Positions 18,675-28,689 of a DNA stretch of 52,671 nucleotides are shown here, piece after piece; the first letter of the stretch is position 1; each line of letters begins with the position of its first letter. The position numbers and the translations under genes were made by a program. The DNA is from Candidatus Pacebacteria bacterium CG10_big_fil_rev_8_21_14_0_10_56_10. GTDB lineage: Bacteria > Patescibacteriota > Microgenomatia > UBA1400 > PJMF01. The stretch lies in contig PFDK01000009.1 of assembly GCA_002772645.1 (NCBI GenBank), positions 1-52,671 of the forward strand, read 5' to 3'. The notes under the pieces are model-generated. The model saw only the letters and a list, made by a program, of their open reading frames with translations, ran no database searches and was not told where the DNA came from.

Positions 18675-19898
18675 GTGTCCGTTTTGCCGTCGCCCGTCGC
18701 CCGCCCGCCATCTTCGTCGGTGTTGCCTTCACCGCTTTCATTACCGCCGCCGCCTTCACTGCCACCGCCTGACTGTCGAGCTTGGGTGGCCTGGTGGTCG
18801 GTGCCGGGGATTGGTTGGCGAAGCTTTGCCGGTCTGCTGGCGTACGCCCGCCGTCACCGCACCTCACTGCGGCGGTTGTGGTCACGGCCCGGCCGCTGGG
18901 AAGCAGCCGGCCTGACTGCCAGTCAACAAGCCGCGGTCAAGACTTGGCAGTCCAGCCAGAGCATAGACGACTATTGGCAGCAACTGGAGGCGGCCGACAT
19001 CACCGTAACTTGTTTGGGCAGTTCGGACTACCCGCCGCTGCTGGCTGAGATCGACGACCCGCCGTGGGTGCTGTTCATCAAAGGTGAGTGGCCGATCAAG
19101 CTGTCACTGCCAATCGCGGTAGTCGGAACCAGGCGGCCCACTCTGTACGGCCGTCAGGCGGCCGTCCGACTGGTCACCGAGCTGGTCGCCGCCGGGGCCG
19201 GCATCGTTTCCGGGTTTATGTTCGGGATAGATGTGCTGGCCCACCAGACAGCGCTCCGCCAGCGGGGGAGGACGGTGGGCGTGCTGGGCTACGGGTTTGA
19301 TCGCGTCTACCCACCCTCGTTTAGCCGGGTGTTGGCCGAGTACGCTGATCAGCGTCCGAACATGACTTTTATCAGCGAGTACGCGCCGTTTGTGCCGGCC
19401 CGCCGCTACACTTTTCGGCAGCGCAACCGGATTATCGCCGGTCTCAGCCTGGCTACTTTGGTTGTCGAGGCCGGGGTGAGGAGCGGCACCCAGATCACTG
19501 CCCGTTTAGCCGGTCAATACGGTCGGGAAGTGGCCGCCGTTCCCAGCCCGATTACCAGTCCGTACTGCGCCGGCACTGCCAACCTGATCAATCAGGGGGC
19601 GCTGCTGACTGAGGACGCCGGCCGTCTCTTGACGGAGCTGGGGGTGGGTAGCGGACGGCGGTTGACCGGTAGTTTGGTGTTTGGCGAGAGGGCGGAAGCT
19701 GACGAGCAGTCGGCTGGTCCTGAAGAAGTCTCGCTGGACCTAATCCGCCTGTTTCAGGACGGCCCGCTGACCAGTGAGTATCTCTCGGCTATCACCAACC
19801 TTTCGATCACCCAAGTCAACGTCGAGCTCACCAGACTGGAACTGCTAGGCGTCGTCACCAGACAGGGAAGTTGCTGGTCGTTGTCGACTCGCTCCTAG
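18675..19898 (+). CDS. dprA: DNA-processing protein DprA (start uncertain)
   Basis: AVVGTRRPTLYG, IVSGFMFGID, FRQRNRIIAGLS, VVEAGVRSGT; upstream of topA. Confidence 0.93.
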   Translation: MSVLPSPVARPPSSSVLPSPLSLPPPPSLPPPDCRAWVAWWSVPGIGWRSFAGLLAYARRHRTSLRRLWSRPGRWEAAGLTASQQAAVKTWQSSQSIDDYWQQLEAADITVTCLGSSDYPPLLAEIDDPPWVLFIKGEWPIKLSLPIAVVGTRRPTLYGRQAAVRLVTELVAAGAGIVSGFMFGIDVLAHQTALRQRGRTVGVLGYGFDRVYPPSFSRVLAEYADQRPNMTFISEYAPFVPARRYTFRQRNRIIAGLSLATLVVEAGVRSGTQITARLAGQYGREVAAVPSPITSPYCAGTANLINQGALLTEDAGRLLTELGVGSGRRLTGSLVFGERAEADEQSAGPEEVSLDLIRLFQDGPLTSEYLSAITNLSITQVNVELTRLELLGVVTRQGSCWSLSTRS

Positions 19899-19944
19899 AG
19901 CTTAAGAAAACGGTTCTATCAACTATAGTGTAAGATAAGACGCT

Positions 19945-22203
19945 ATGCGCCTCGTTATCGTCGAGTCACCTACCAAAGCCCGCAAACTTGGTCAGTACTT
20001 GGGCGGCGACTACACCGTCAAAGCTTCGGTGGGCCACGTTCGCGACCTGCCCAAAAGCAAGCTGGGTGTAGATGTTGACAACGGCTTCCAGCCGACCTAT
20101 GTTCTCAGTCCCGACAAAAAGGAGGTGATGGCCCAGTTGAGCAAACTGGCCAAAAAAGCCAGCGCCATTTACCTGGCTACCGACCCCGACCGCGAGGGCG
20201 AAGCGATCGCCTGGCACGTCCTTGAAGTCCTCCATGAACACGACTCACTGGACCGGCGCAAGTTTAAGCGGTCAGTGTTTCACGAGATCACTAAGCCGGC
20301 GGTGCTCAAGGCGATCAACCATCCTCAGCGGCTCAACATGGACCTGGTCGATGCTCAGCAAGCACGGCGAGTGCTCGACCGGTTGGTCGGGTACCAAGTC
20401 TCGCCGGTGTTGTGGAAGAAAGTCAGGCGGGGACTGTCGGCCGGCCGTGTCCAGTCGGTAGCTCTGCGACTGATCGTTGAACGGGAACGCCAGATCGAGG
20501 CTTTCCAGCCCCAGGAGTATTGGGAGCTGGACGTACTGCTGGGGGTTAACAATGACGCCGATTCCCACCCGCCCAAACTGCTCAAGGACGACACCGCTGC
20601 CGACAAGCCTAGTTGGCTGGACCAGCCGCCGGCCGCGGCCCTGATAGGGCGAGTCACCCATCTCAACGATCGGCTTTACGAGCCTAAAGATGAACGCAGT
20701 GTCAAGCCGGTGATCGAGTGTTTGGCTGATGCCGAGTACCGCGTCGAGCAGGTGGAGCGCAAGGAGCGACGTCGTTCCAGCTTACCGCCGTTCATAACTT
20801 CCACTCTTCAGCAAAGTGCCGCCAGCCGCTTGCACATGACTAGCCGACAAACCATGCGCCTGGCCCAACAGCTTTACGAAGAAGGTTTAATCACCTATCA
20901 CCGGACCGACTCGGTCAGCTTGGCCAAGCAAGCCATCGCCATGGCCCGTGACTTCATTGGCCAGGAGTACGGCCGGCAGTTCTTGCCCAATCAGCCGCGC
21001 CGCTTCAAGAGCAGCAGCAAAAATGCTCAGGAGGCGCACGAGGCTATTCGCGTCACCAACGTTAAACTGCGCGGCGACGCCATCAAACAGCACGGTCCCA
21101 AACTGACCGGCCGCCACGTCCAGCTCTACGACCTGATCTGGCGCCGCTTCGTGGCCAGTCAGATGGCGACTGCTGTGTATGACCAGACGGCGGTGACGAT
21201 CAAGGCTGAGATCAGCGGTGGGACCGGAACCCAAGCCGCCGGGGCCAAAACCCAAGCCGACAAAAACGCTCCGGCACCGCCGCGCTCCGCTACCCTCAAG
21301 GCCACTGGCTCGGTCCTTAAGTTTGCCGGCTGGATGAAGCTGTTTACCGGCAGCGGTGATCGTGTCCTGCCCGAGGTGGTTGCCGACCAGCCGCTGTTCT
21401 ATCGGCAACTGCTGGCCGCCCAGAAATTTACCCAGCCGCCGCCTCGCTACAACGACGCCTCGCTCGTCAAAGAGCTTGAGAAACGCGGTATCGGCCGGCC
21501 CAGTACCTACGCTTCGATCATCTCGGTGATCGAGGACCGCGGCTACGTTAGCCGTGAACAGCGCCGTTTCACCGCTACTCCGGTGGGTATGACTGTCAGC
21601 GACTTTTTACTCAAACACTTTTCGGACATCATGGACTACGACTTCACTGCCGAGATGGAAGAGGACCTGGATCGGATTGCCCGCGGCGAGAAGGAGTGGC
21701 AAAGCATCATCAAAGCTTTCTACCGGCCGCTCCACCGGCAGATCGAGCACGTTGAGGAAACTGCCGAGCGGGCCAAGATCCCGGTCGAGAAGACGGGGGA
21801 GCAGTGTCCGGTGTGCGGCCCCAGCGAGCACGGCGAAGTGGTTATCAGGAGCGGCAAGTACGGCAAGTTTCGCAGTTGTAGCCGATTTCCCGACTGTGAC
21901 TACACCGAGACGATTGTCGACAAACTTGAGGGAGTGAACTGTCCGCTTTGCCGGCAGGGGGACGTCATCATCAAGCCGTCGCGGTGGGGAAAGTCGTTTT
22001 ACGGTTGTAGCCGCTACCCCGACTGTGACTGGGCCAGCTGGAAACAGCCCCGGCCTGGTGAGATAATTACCCAGGCCGCCTGGAAAAAGCAACAGGCCGA
22101 GCGGGCCGAGCGCCAGAAACAGCGCCAGCAGCGCCGCAAAAAAACCGGAAAGAAAACGGCTAGGGGAACCGGCAGAAAATCCGGCGGAAAATCGCCAAAG
22201 TAA
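19945..22203 (+). CDS. topA: DNA topoisomerase I
   Basis: IVESPTKA, DPDREGE, SAGRVQS, ITYHRTD, C-terminal Zn ribbons. Confidence 0.98.
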   Translation: MRLVIVESPTKARKLGQYLGGDYTVKASVGHVRDLPKSKLGVDVDNGFQPTYVLSPDKKEVMAQLSKLAKKASAIYLATDPDREGEAIAWHVLEVLHEHDSLDRRKFKRSVFHEITKPAVLKAINHPQRLNMDLVDAQQARRVLDRLVGYQVSPVLWKKVRRGLSAGRVQSVALRLIVERERQIEAFQPQEYWELDVLLGVNNDADSHPPKLLKDDTAADKPSWLDQPPAAALIGRVTHLNDRLYEPKDERSVKPVIECLADAEYRVEQVERKERRRSSLPPFITSTLQQSAASRLHMTSRQTMRLAQQLYEEGLITYHRTDSVSLAKQAIAMARDFIGQEYGRQFLPNQPRRFKSSSKNAQEAHEAIRVTNVKLRGDAIKQHGPKLTGRHVQLYDLIWRRFVASQMATAVYDQTAVTIKAEISGGTGTQAAGAKTQADKNAPAPPRSATLKATGSVLKFAGWMKLFTGSGDRVLPEVVADQPLFYRQLLAAQKFTQPPPRYNDASLVKELEKRGIGRPSTYASIISVIEDRGYVSREQRRFTATPVGMTVSDFLLKHFSDIMDYDFTAEMEEDLDRIARGEKEWQSIIKAFYRPLHRQIEHVEETAERAKIPVEKTGEQCPVCGPSEHGEVVIRSGKYGKFRSCSRFPDCDYTETIVDKLEGVNCPLCRQGDVIIKPSRWGKSFYGCSRYPDCDWASWKQPRPGEIITQAAWKKQQAERAERQKQRQQRRKKTGKKTARGTGRKSGGKSPK

Positions 22204-22233
22204 CGTTAAACACCAAGTCTCTTCAGTACTTCC

Positions 22234-22875
22234 ATGGCGCATATTGCTCTTTTTGGCGGGGCCTTTGACCCGCCGCACCTCGGCCACCAGCAGATCGTGG
22301 CGTACCTGCTCGAGCAGCTGATAGCCGACCAAGTGTGGCTGGTGCCGGTAGGCCGGCACAGTTTTGACAAGCAGTTGTCGCCGGCCGAGCACCGGTTGGC
22401 GATGGTTGAGCTGGCCATGTCGAGGCTTGAACAACAGTACCCTGAGCGGGCAGATCAGTTCCGCGTCGAGCACTACGAACTGGACAGCGGCCAAGTAGCC
22501 CGAACGTACCAGACTATCAAGGCCCTGGCGCGACAGTACCCAGAGCACCAGCTGTCCTGGGTGATCGGTTCGGACAACTTAGCCGGGTTTGAGCGCTGGG
22601 ACAACTATCGTCAACTGCTGACCGAGCACCCCGTCTACGTCTATCCCCGCCAGGGGTATCCGCTCCACCACCTCTTGCTCGGCATGGAGGCGCTGGACGA
22701 GGCGCCGACCGTCCGGGCCTCTTCTCAACACTTGAGACAGATGGCCGCCGCCGGCCGCGACATTACCGACTGGGTGCCGCCGCTGGTGGCCGAGTACATT
22801 GACCATCACGGGTTGTATCGTCACCATTCGCCCGAGTTAGGGCGTCGGGATTTGGCTACCGCTCACCAGCGGTGA
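22234..22875 (+). CDS. nadD: Nicotinate-nucleotide adenylyltransferase
   Basis: FGGAFDPPHLGH, IGSDN. Confidence 0.92.
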   Translation: MAHIALFGGAFDPPHLGHQQIVAYLLEQLIADQVWLVPVGRHSFDKQLSPAEHRLAMVELAMSRLEQQYPERADQFRVEHYELDSGQVARTYQTIKALARQYPEHQLSWVIGSDNLAGFERWDNYRQLLTEHPVYVYPRQGYPLHHLLLGMEALDEAPTVRASSQHLRQMAAAGRDITDWVPPLVAEYIDHHGLYRHHSPELGRRDLATAHQR

Positions 22876-22920
22876 GTGCGAAGCTGTCAACAGGAAAAAT
22901 GTTAGTATAAAGCTCTAGTT

Positions 22921-23184
22921 ATGACTGAGTATTCTTACAAAAGTGCCGCCGAGCTAGCACGTAAAACCGGGCTGACTTTGGAAGAAGCAGGATCTGCCTG
23001 GAAAAGCTGGAACTATCAACCACCCACTGATCCGGAGGAGCTGCGCAGATTCACTAATAAGTCCAGTAGGTTCGAGCATGGAGTGAGAGGACTTAACCAG
23101 GATCTCAGCACAGGCCGAATTACAGAAGATGAGTATTTCCAGAAAATAGCGGAGCTTAAAAAAGAGATTTACGGCCAGAGCTAG
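22921..23184 (+). CDS. Small orphan protein
   Basis: AT-richer ORF with TATAAA 9 nt upstream; C-terminal GRITEDEYFQKIAELK resembles a SHOCT-like motif. Confidence 0.6.
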   Translation: MTEYSYKSAAELARKTGLTLEEAGSAWKSWNYQPPTDPEELRRFTNKSSRFEHGVRGLNQDLSTGRITEDEYFQKIAELKKEIYGQS

Positions 23185-23207
23185 GCAACCAGCTTATACT
23201 AATAGTA

Positions 23208-24113
23208 ATGACAACAGTTGGCCCTAGTGACGATCTTAGCTTGCCTGACCCCACTCGGGCCGCCGACCAGATCGTCGCTTTCATCAAGCGCACCTTCACC
23301 GAGCAGGACAAACACACCGCCGTGATCGGTGTGTCCGGCGGGATCGACTCGGCGACCTCGTTGACGCTAGCTTGCCGCGCCCTCGGCCCGGCACAGGTGG
23401 TGGCGGTAACGATGCCTGACGGCGATCAGCCCACCGCCGACGCCCAATCAGTCCTCGAGTTCAATGCCGTCTCGGCCGCTCACCGGTTGACAATCAACAT
23501 CAAGCCGATGGTCGACAGTACTGTCCGGCAGCTGCCCGACCCTCCCGACCGGTACCGTCGCGGCAACATTGCCGCTCGCTGTCGGATGATGGTGCTGTAC
23601 GACACGGCGCTGGCCCGCCGCGCCCTGGTCTGCGGCACCGAGAACAAGTCCGAGTACTACCTGGGGTACTTCACTCGCTACGGCGACGAGGCCTCAGACC
23701 TGGAGCCGATTGTCCATCTTTGGAAAACGCAGGTCAGCTTGCTGGCCGAGCACTTAGGTCTGCCCGAGCGCATCCGTGCTAAGCCGCCGTCGGCCGATCT
23801 GTGGACCAATCAGACCGACCAGCAGGAGCTCGGCTTTAGTTACCGGCAGGCCGATCCGATCTTGGCGGCGCTGGAGCGCTACCTGAACGACAACCAGCTG
23901 GACACGCGACAACTGGCAGAAGGTCCGGCAGTCCGCCAAGCTTTTATTGACCATTGGCAGGGTAAGTCAAGACAACAAGGGCAGCCCGAAAGAAAGCAGC
24001 CAGGCCCAGACCGGCCGTCTACCGCCCTGGTCAGCAGTGTTGTTGCCCGAATAGCTGCTCAGGACTTCAAGCACCGGGTCCCGTACCGGCTGACGGCGGC
24101 TGACGACGATTAA
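23208..24113 (+). CDS. nadE: NH3-dependent NAD+ synthetase
   Basis: GVSGGIDS, GNIAARCRM, GTENKSE, GYFTRYGD, PPSADLW. Confidence 0.95.
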   Translation: MTTVGPSDDLSLPDPTRAADQIVAFIKRTFTEQDKHTAVIGVSGGIDSATSLTLACRALGPAQVVAVTMPDGDQPTADAQSVLEFNAVSAAHRLTINIKPMVDSTVRQLPDPPDRYRRGNIAARCRMMVLYDTALARRALVCGTENKSEYYLGYFTRYGDEASDLEPIVHLWKTQVSLLAEHLGLPERIRAKPPSADLWTNQTDQQELGFSYRQADPILAALERYLNDNQLDTRQLAEGPAVRQAFIDHWQGKSRQQGQPERKQPGPDRPSTALVSSVVARIAAQDFKHRVPYRLTAADDD

Positions 24114-24159
24114 CCGCCGCTAAGTCCAGCGTCTTGACCAGGCTTGGTATACTCGAGGC

Positions 24160-25431
24160 ATGTCGGTCAGCCGGCCAGAAAACCATCGATATCTTGGGGG
24201 CCAAGAATGGCAGAAGTTGCTGAGGCGCGATCAAGATGTTCGCCAAGGTCTTCACCTGCCGTTCCAGACCAGGTTAGCGCTAGCCTCCCAGACTAGAGGA
24301 CTGCCGGCAGAACTGCGCCAAAATGTGAGCAGACTGATCAAGGCAGCCGAGAACAACTTCTTGTCGGCAGTCAGCTCAGAGTACGAGGAGCTGCTGAATA
24401 TTCTTGAACTCGGCGATCACCAATTAAGCCCAGCCAGCAAAACCGCTCTCCGCCAAGCTGTTCAGGATTACTTGGCTGACGAACTGCGGCGGACCCCTCG
24501 CTGTCCCCATATTGACTACTTGGCGACAGAGGGGGAGATTAAGCGCCAGTCGCAAGACTACCGGATTTCTAGCTCACTTCAAACTAAGCTGCAAGGGTTG
24601 GTGGAACTGCTTAACCAAGAACGTTTTGACGACGCCAGCCGCGTCTATGAGGGGCTGGTCTACTGGCCGGAAGCCAGAAACTTGAGGCCGGTTTGGCAGC
24701 TGTACATGGTTTACTGCCGCTACTTGGCAGGTTGGCAGACGCGCTACCTCGGCTCCAACCCGACCGAAGATAGTCAGGACGCGACACTTTTGCGCCAGAG
24801 GTTCGGAGCAGAAGGACCATGGTACGCCACCTGGTGGATTGAGTACCTCAACAGCTGGAGAAAAGCCATCGACTACAGCTTCAACTCAGACTTGGAACGG
24901 TTAGACCTTGAGTACCGGGTTCTCAGAGACGCGCTGAGCAGAGACGCGAGCGCGGACAGGGGCGAAAAACAGCGCTCGGCACTGATGAACCGGAAAATCG
25001 ACAAAAACTCGTCTTTACTTGCCGAAAGGCTCCCCGAGCCGTTGCTCTCACCGTCGGTGTTGAGAGTTTTTACCGAGGTGGCCCTGCCTTCTATGGTCGA
25101 GTACCTGCGGTTGTTTGACAGGCTGCCTGACCTAGCAGAAGATAGCAGCCATCTTAAAGAAACTTACCTTGGTTTTCTGGTTGACCTGGTTGAGTGGTGC
25201 ATTAAGCTGGTCGAAGATTCGGGTGTCCAGCTCGACGAAAAACATCGCCAGCTCGAGAGGATGATTGACGGGTCGCGAATACGCCGACCTTTGCCGGAGG
25301 CTTGGTGGGCGACTCTCAAAAAAGTTAAGTTAGGGAGAATAGCGGCCAGTATTTCTGACCAAGCTGCTGTTCGGCAACAACTAATCAGCCACCGCAATCA
25401 GCTTCTCAAGAATGAAGGGGCCGTAGTTTAA
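24160..25431 (+). CDS. Orphan helical protein
   Basis: 423-aa ORF with TATACT 6 nt before ATG; no recognised motif. Confidence 0.65.
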   Translation: MSVSRPENHRYLGGQEWQKLLRRDQDVRQGLHLPFQTRLALASQTRGLPAELRQNVSRLIKAAENNFLSAVSSEYEELLNILELGDHQLSPASKTALRQAVQDYLADELRRTPRCPHIDYLATEGEIKRQSQDYRISSSLQTKLQGLVELLNQERFDDASRVYEGLVYWPEARNLRPVWQLYMVYCRYLAGWQTRYLGSNPTEDSQDATLLRQRFGAEGPWYATWWIEYLNSWRKAIDYSFNSDLERLDLEYRVLRDALSRDASADRGEKQRSALMNRKIDKNSSLLAERLPEPLLSPSVLRVFTEVALPSMVEYLRLFDRLPDLAEDSSHLKETYLGFLVDLVEWCIKLVEDSGVQLDEKHRQLERMIDGSRIRRPLPEAWWATLKKVKLGRIAASISDQAAVRQQLISHRNQLLKNEGAVV

Positions 25432-25495
25432 CTTGCATAGTAGTAATATCGAACTACTCCAGTCCCTTTGGCTGCTCGGCGTGTATACTGCTAGA

Positions 25496-26092
25496 GTGCA
25501 TTTTCAAGACCGGACCTTGACCAAGCCGGACCAAGTTAACCGGCTCATCAAGCAGCTGCGCCGGCAGGGCCGACAGATCGTGCTCACCCAGGGCACCTTT
25601 GATATGGTTCACATTGGCCACGCCCGCTACTGCCAGGAGGCTAAGCGTCACGGCGATGTCTTGATCGTTGGCGTGGACAGTGATGACAAGGTTCGCCGCC
25701 GAAAAGGGCCCGATCGGCCGGTGGTGCCGCAGGCGGAACGGCTGGAAATGTTAGCCTACCTAAAACCCGTAGACTACGTGGTGTTAAAAGAGCAGGGCGC
25801 GCCCAAGCATTCGCTGATCAAGCTGATCAGACCCGACGTTTTAGTTGCAACTAAAGAGACCTATACATCAGATAAAATTAAGTATTTAGAACAATTTTGC
25901 ATCAAAGTAGTAGTCCTGGATCCGATGGCTACCACCAGCACCAGCGCCAAGCTGCGGATGATGCAGATCGGCATGGCCCAAAAGATCAGCGACACGCTCA
26001 GCAATAGATTGACGCGCAGTATTGAAGAGGCGTTAGCGGAACTGCGCGGCGAAAGGGGAGAGCACCATGGCAAAGCCGGCAAAGCAAGGTGA
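25496..26092 (+). CDS. HIGH-family cytidylyltransferase (RfaE-C/TagD-like)
   Basis: QGTFDMVHIGH, GVDSD, RKGPDRP; GTG start 6 nt after TATACT. Confidence 0.88.
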   Translation: MHFQDRTLTKPDQVNRLIKQLRRQGRQIVLTQGTFDMVHIGHARYCQEAKRHGDVLIVGVDSDDKVRRRKGPDRPVVPQAERLEMLAYLKPVDYVVLKEQGAPKHSLIKLIRPDVLVATKETYTSDKIKYLEQFCIKVVVLDPMATTSTSAKLRMMQIGMAQKISDTLSNRLTRSIEEALAELRGERGEHHGKAGKAR

Positions 26093-27068
26093 GGTTGGTG
26101 CCGAAACCGGAGTGACGGTCGGGACTGATCCGACCAGCGAAACCGAACCGGTCGACGGATCCGTCACTACCGGTAGTCAAGCCATTTTGGCGTACGTGCC
26201 GGTTCTTCATCAGGGTTACGTCCAGTTGTTTGAGCAGTACCCGCGGGCCGAGATTTGGCTGTTGGGGCGGGGATTTACACAACGGTGGCGGCCGCTGCAA
26301 AAAGACATCCGGGCGGTGGCACCCGAAAAGGTTCAGGCTGCCCTCGAGGGGATCTGGCCGCGGCGGCCGGTCCGGCTGGTCGAGGACGAAACAGCTTTGG
26401 GCGAGCTGATGGCTGAGGCGGCGGCCGCGGGCTGGGAGCGGCTGATCATGCCCAACGAAGAGATCATGACTGAGCTGGCGGCACAGCTGAAGATGCAGTT
26501 AAAGGAGCGGCTTAGTACCGCCCACCTTGACTTGCCCAAAATTGAACTCAAGTCAATATTTTTGCGCTGGGACCGGGCCCGCTCATCGGCCGAGCAGCAG
26601 TTGGAGGACGATCTGGCTGTCAGCACTGCTCCCATTGATCGCAAGTTTATGCGTTCAGCTCGTCGTCAAGCCGAGCTCAGCAGTGACTGGTGGCGTCAAG
26701 TTGGGGCGGTGCTGGTCAAAGACGGCCAAATTATTGCCCAGGACCACAATCACCACCTCCCCAGCGAGCACCAGCCGTACATCGAGGGCGACCCTCGGGC
26801 GGACTTCAGCCGCGGCCAAGAGATCGACAAAACAACAGCCCAACACGCCGAGGCAGGAGTGATCTCCCAGGCGGCCCGCGCCGGTGAGAGTACCGCCGGC
26901 ACCGATCTGTACGTCACCACTTTTCCGTGTCCGGTCTGCGCTAAACTGGTGGCCGAGAGTGGCATCAAGCGATTGTTTTTCGCGGAAGGCTACACCCTGT
27001 TGGACGGCCGCCGGGTGCTGGAAAGCCAGGGGGTGGAGTTGGTTCGGGTGGAAGTTTTGGGATCCTAG
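26067..27068 (+). CDS. dCMP deaminase family protein with extra N-terminal domain
   Basis: HAE and PCPVC zinc motifs; N-terminal AYVPVLHQGY. Confidence 0.85.
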   Translation: MAKPAKQGEVGAETGVTVGTDPTSETEPVDGSVTTGSQAILAYVPVLHQGYVQLFEQYPRAEIWLLGRGFTQRWRPLQKDIRAVAPEKVQAALEGIWPRRPVRLVEDETALGELMAEAAAAGWERLIMPNEEIMTELAAQLKMQLKERLSTAHLDLPKIELKSIFLRWDRARSSAEQQLEDDLAVSTAPIDRKFMRSARRQAELSSDWWRQVGAVLVKDGQIIAQDHNHHLPSEHQPYIEGDPRADFSRGQEIDKTTAQHAEAGVISQAARAGESTAGTDLYVTTFPCPVCAKLVAESGIKRLFFAEGYTLLDGRRVLESQGVELVRVEVLGS

Positions 27069-27202
27069 GTAGGGCCACCGGCTGCGAGTTAAAGATGGCA
27101 GAGGTTGCGTCTCAACGATCAATCAGATTACCTGCTGGCCCGGAGTTGAGCGCCGGATTGAGATTGAGGGGCGAGGAAAGTTAGGAGTGTTTTTTAAGCA
27201 AG

Positions 27203-27408
27203 CCCCTAGGGAATAATTTCTTTGGGGTGTTTTTTTGGCGCGCATTTTCCGTGGGCCATTAGTGGGCCATTAGTGGGCCATTAGTGGGCCGAAAGTGGGC
27301 CGAAAGTGGGCCGTTTTGGCCCACGCGCTTTAAGTGAGTTTTTTTTAGATATGCCAAGAAAAAATGCCAACTGGAAAGAAACGTAAAAAATCAAAAAAAC
27401 GCGAAAGT
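27203..27408 (-). mobile_element. Dispersed element copy E3 (5 extra iterons)
   Basis: CCCCTAGGG...(GTGGGCCATTA)3(GTGGGCCGAAA)2 GTGGGCCGTTTTGGCCCAC...CGCGAAAGT. Confidence 0.9.
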
Positions 27409-27418
27409 ATGGATGTGC

Positions 27419-27850
27419 TCACTCGACTGATCTTACCTCTAGCTCCCGACACTGTCGTAGCCGACGGTCACCGGTAACGAACTGGTCGGCTTTTACTTCG
27501 AGAGCAGAAGCAAGTTGCAGGCTATCCGGCACCCGAAAGCCGTACCGTCTCCGCAGCCGGGCGGCAGTGACGGCAATGGCCATGTCCATCCCAATAATTT
27601 TCAGGTTAGGGGTTTCAAGCAAGCGCCGGTACAGAGTGTCCACTTCCTCCTCTGTCATCTTGATCGACAGCAACTCGGTAACGGTCAGGGTGCTGGTGAC
27701 TGCGGTAACTTGGGTTGTCGTCAGCCGAGCAAAGATGTCCTGAGCAGTTTGGCCAAAGTCAGGGTGGTCTTGAAAAAAATAAATAAAGATGTTGGTGTCC
27801 AGGAAAAGCAAAGGCTTAGATTTCACGCCATTCGCTCCTGAGTTTGTCAA
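27419..27850 (-). CDS. vapC: PIN-domain VapC toxin
   Basis: LFLDTNIFIY, TVTELL, PDSLQLASA, FVTGD. Confidence 0.9.
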   Translation of the reverse strand: MTNSGANGVKSKPLLFLDTNIFIYFFQDHPDFGQTAQDIFARLTTTQVTAVTSTLTVTELLSIKMTEEEVDTLYRRLLETPNLKIIGMDMAIAVTAARLRRRYGFRVPDSLQLASALEVKADQFVTGDRRLRQCRELEVRSVE

Positions 27851-28058
27851 ACTGATGGGCGGCGTCCGCTGGCCAGCTGTTTTTCATCAGGCCATAGCTG
27901 GAATCGAGCCAACTTTTTGGGGGAACTGTTAAGGCTATGGTTTTATCATCCAGCGCGTACACGCAGACTTGTCTGCCAGGTTTAAGTTCGGGGATTTTTT
28001 TCCGTACTTCCAAGGGAATGACAACTTGGTTTTTTGAACCAATAGTAACTTGTTTCAT
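27816..28058 (-). CDS. AbrB/MazE-family antitoxin
   Basis: VTIGSKNQVVIPLEVRKK. Confidence 0.88.
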   Translation of the reverse strand: MKQVTIGSKNQVVIPLEVRKKIPELKPGRQVCVYALDDKTIALTVPPKSWLDSSYGLMKNSWPADAAHQFDKLRSEWREI

Positions 28059-28059
28059 A

Positions 28060-28089
28060 GTATGTCAAATATACCATAAAATGACATAC
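28060..28089 (-). promoter_or_regulatory. Operator inverted repeat overlapping extended -10 of the abrB-vapC pair
   Basis: GTATGTCA-N14-TGACATAC around minus-strand TGgTATATT. Confidence 0.7.
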
Positions 28090-28158
28090 CGATCAATCCG
28101 CTCAACTGGACTTCTTTTGGACTGCTTTTAGTAGATGTGTTGCCAAGTAAGAAAGGGC

Positions 28159-28680
28159 TTAACCCTTGCCGATCTTGAAGCGGGTGGGCTGGAAGTCGTC
28201 GGCCTCGATGTCAGGGATGATGACTTGGGCGTGGAGGTGTTTGACGGTGCCTGCTGAGTAGTCGGTGTCGCCGAACCGGATGGCCACCCCGCCGCCGGGC
28301 AGGTTGTGCTGGCGTTCCAGCCAAGCCACCAGTTCGAACAGCTCGGCGCCGGCCGCGGCCGGCGCCTCAGCAAAGCTCTCCCAGTGTTCCAGGCCAATCA
28401 ACAGCCAGTGGTGACGAGTGTGCCGGTACGGCCACTTATTGGTAGTGATCAGCCAGTACTTGCCCTCCTTGATGATGGGCGGGGTGTGGTAGCGCTCCAA
28501 GTTCTGTCGGCAGAACGGGCAGTGACCGGCCGCGATGATCCGGCGCATGACGTCACGCTGGTCGTCATGGCGGGCATTGCTGATGTCCACGAAGCGGCGG
28601 ACTGGGTCGCTGACTTGGACTTTGGTCTGATTATCGGTTGTCTGGTGGTCGGTCGAGTGGCCGGCATTTTTTTTTGACAT
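28159..28680 (-). CDS. HIT-family nucleotide hydrolase/phosphorylase
   Basis: CPFC, NKWPY, HLHAQ (HxHxQ). Confidence 0.85.
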   Translation of the reverse strand: MSKKNAGHSTDHQTTDNQTKVQVSDPVRRFVDISNARHDDQRDVMRRIIAAGHCPFCRQNLERYHTPPIIKEGKYWLITTNKWPYRHTRHHWLLIGLEHWESFAEAPAAAGAELFELVAWLERQHNLPGGGVAIRFGDTDYSAGTVKHLHAQVIIPDIEADDFQPTRFKIGKG

Positions 28681-28689
28681 AGCCGGGCC

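Noticed and set aside
21607..22548. Long antisense or alternate-frame ORFs (also 39877-40701, 41260-42072, 10446-11213, 8601-9308)
   Set aside because: These are shadow ORFs of well-supported genes, expected in GC-rich DNA.
27069..27200. Possible tRNA or ncRNA in intergenic gaps (also 47080-47150)
   Set aside because: No cloverleaf, T-loop consensus or recognisable family; only weak hairpins.
27251..27324. Tandem GTGGGCC repeats as a CRISPR array
   Set aside because: Units are 11 bp with 4-nt non-unique linkers; there are no spacers and no cas genes.
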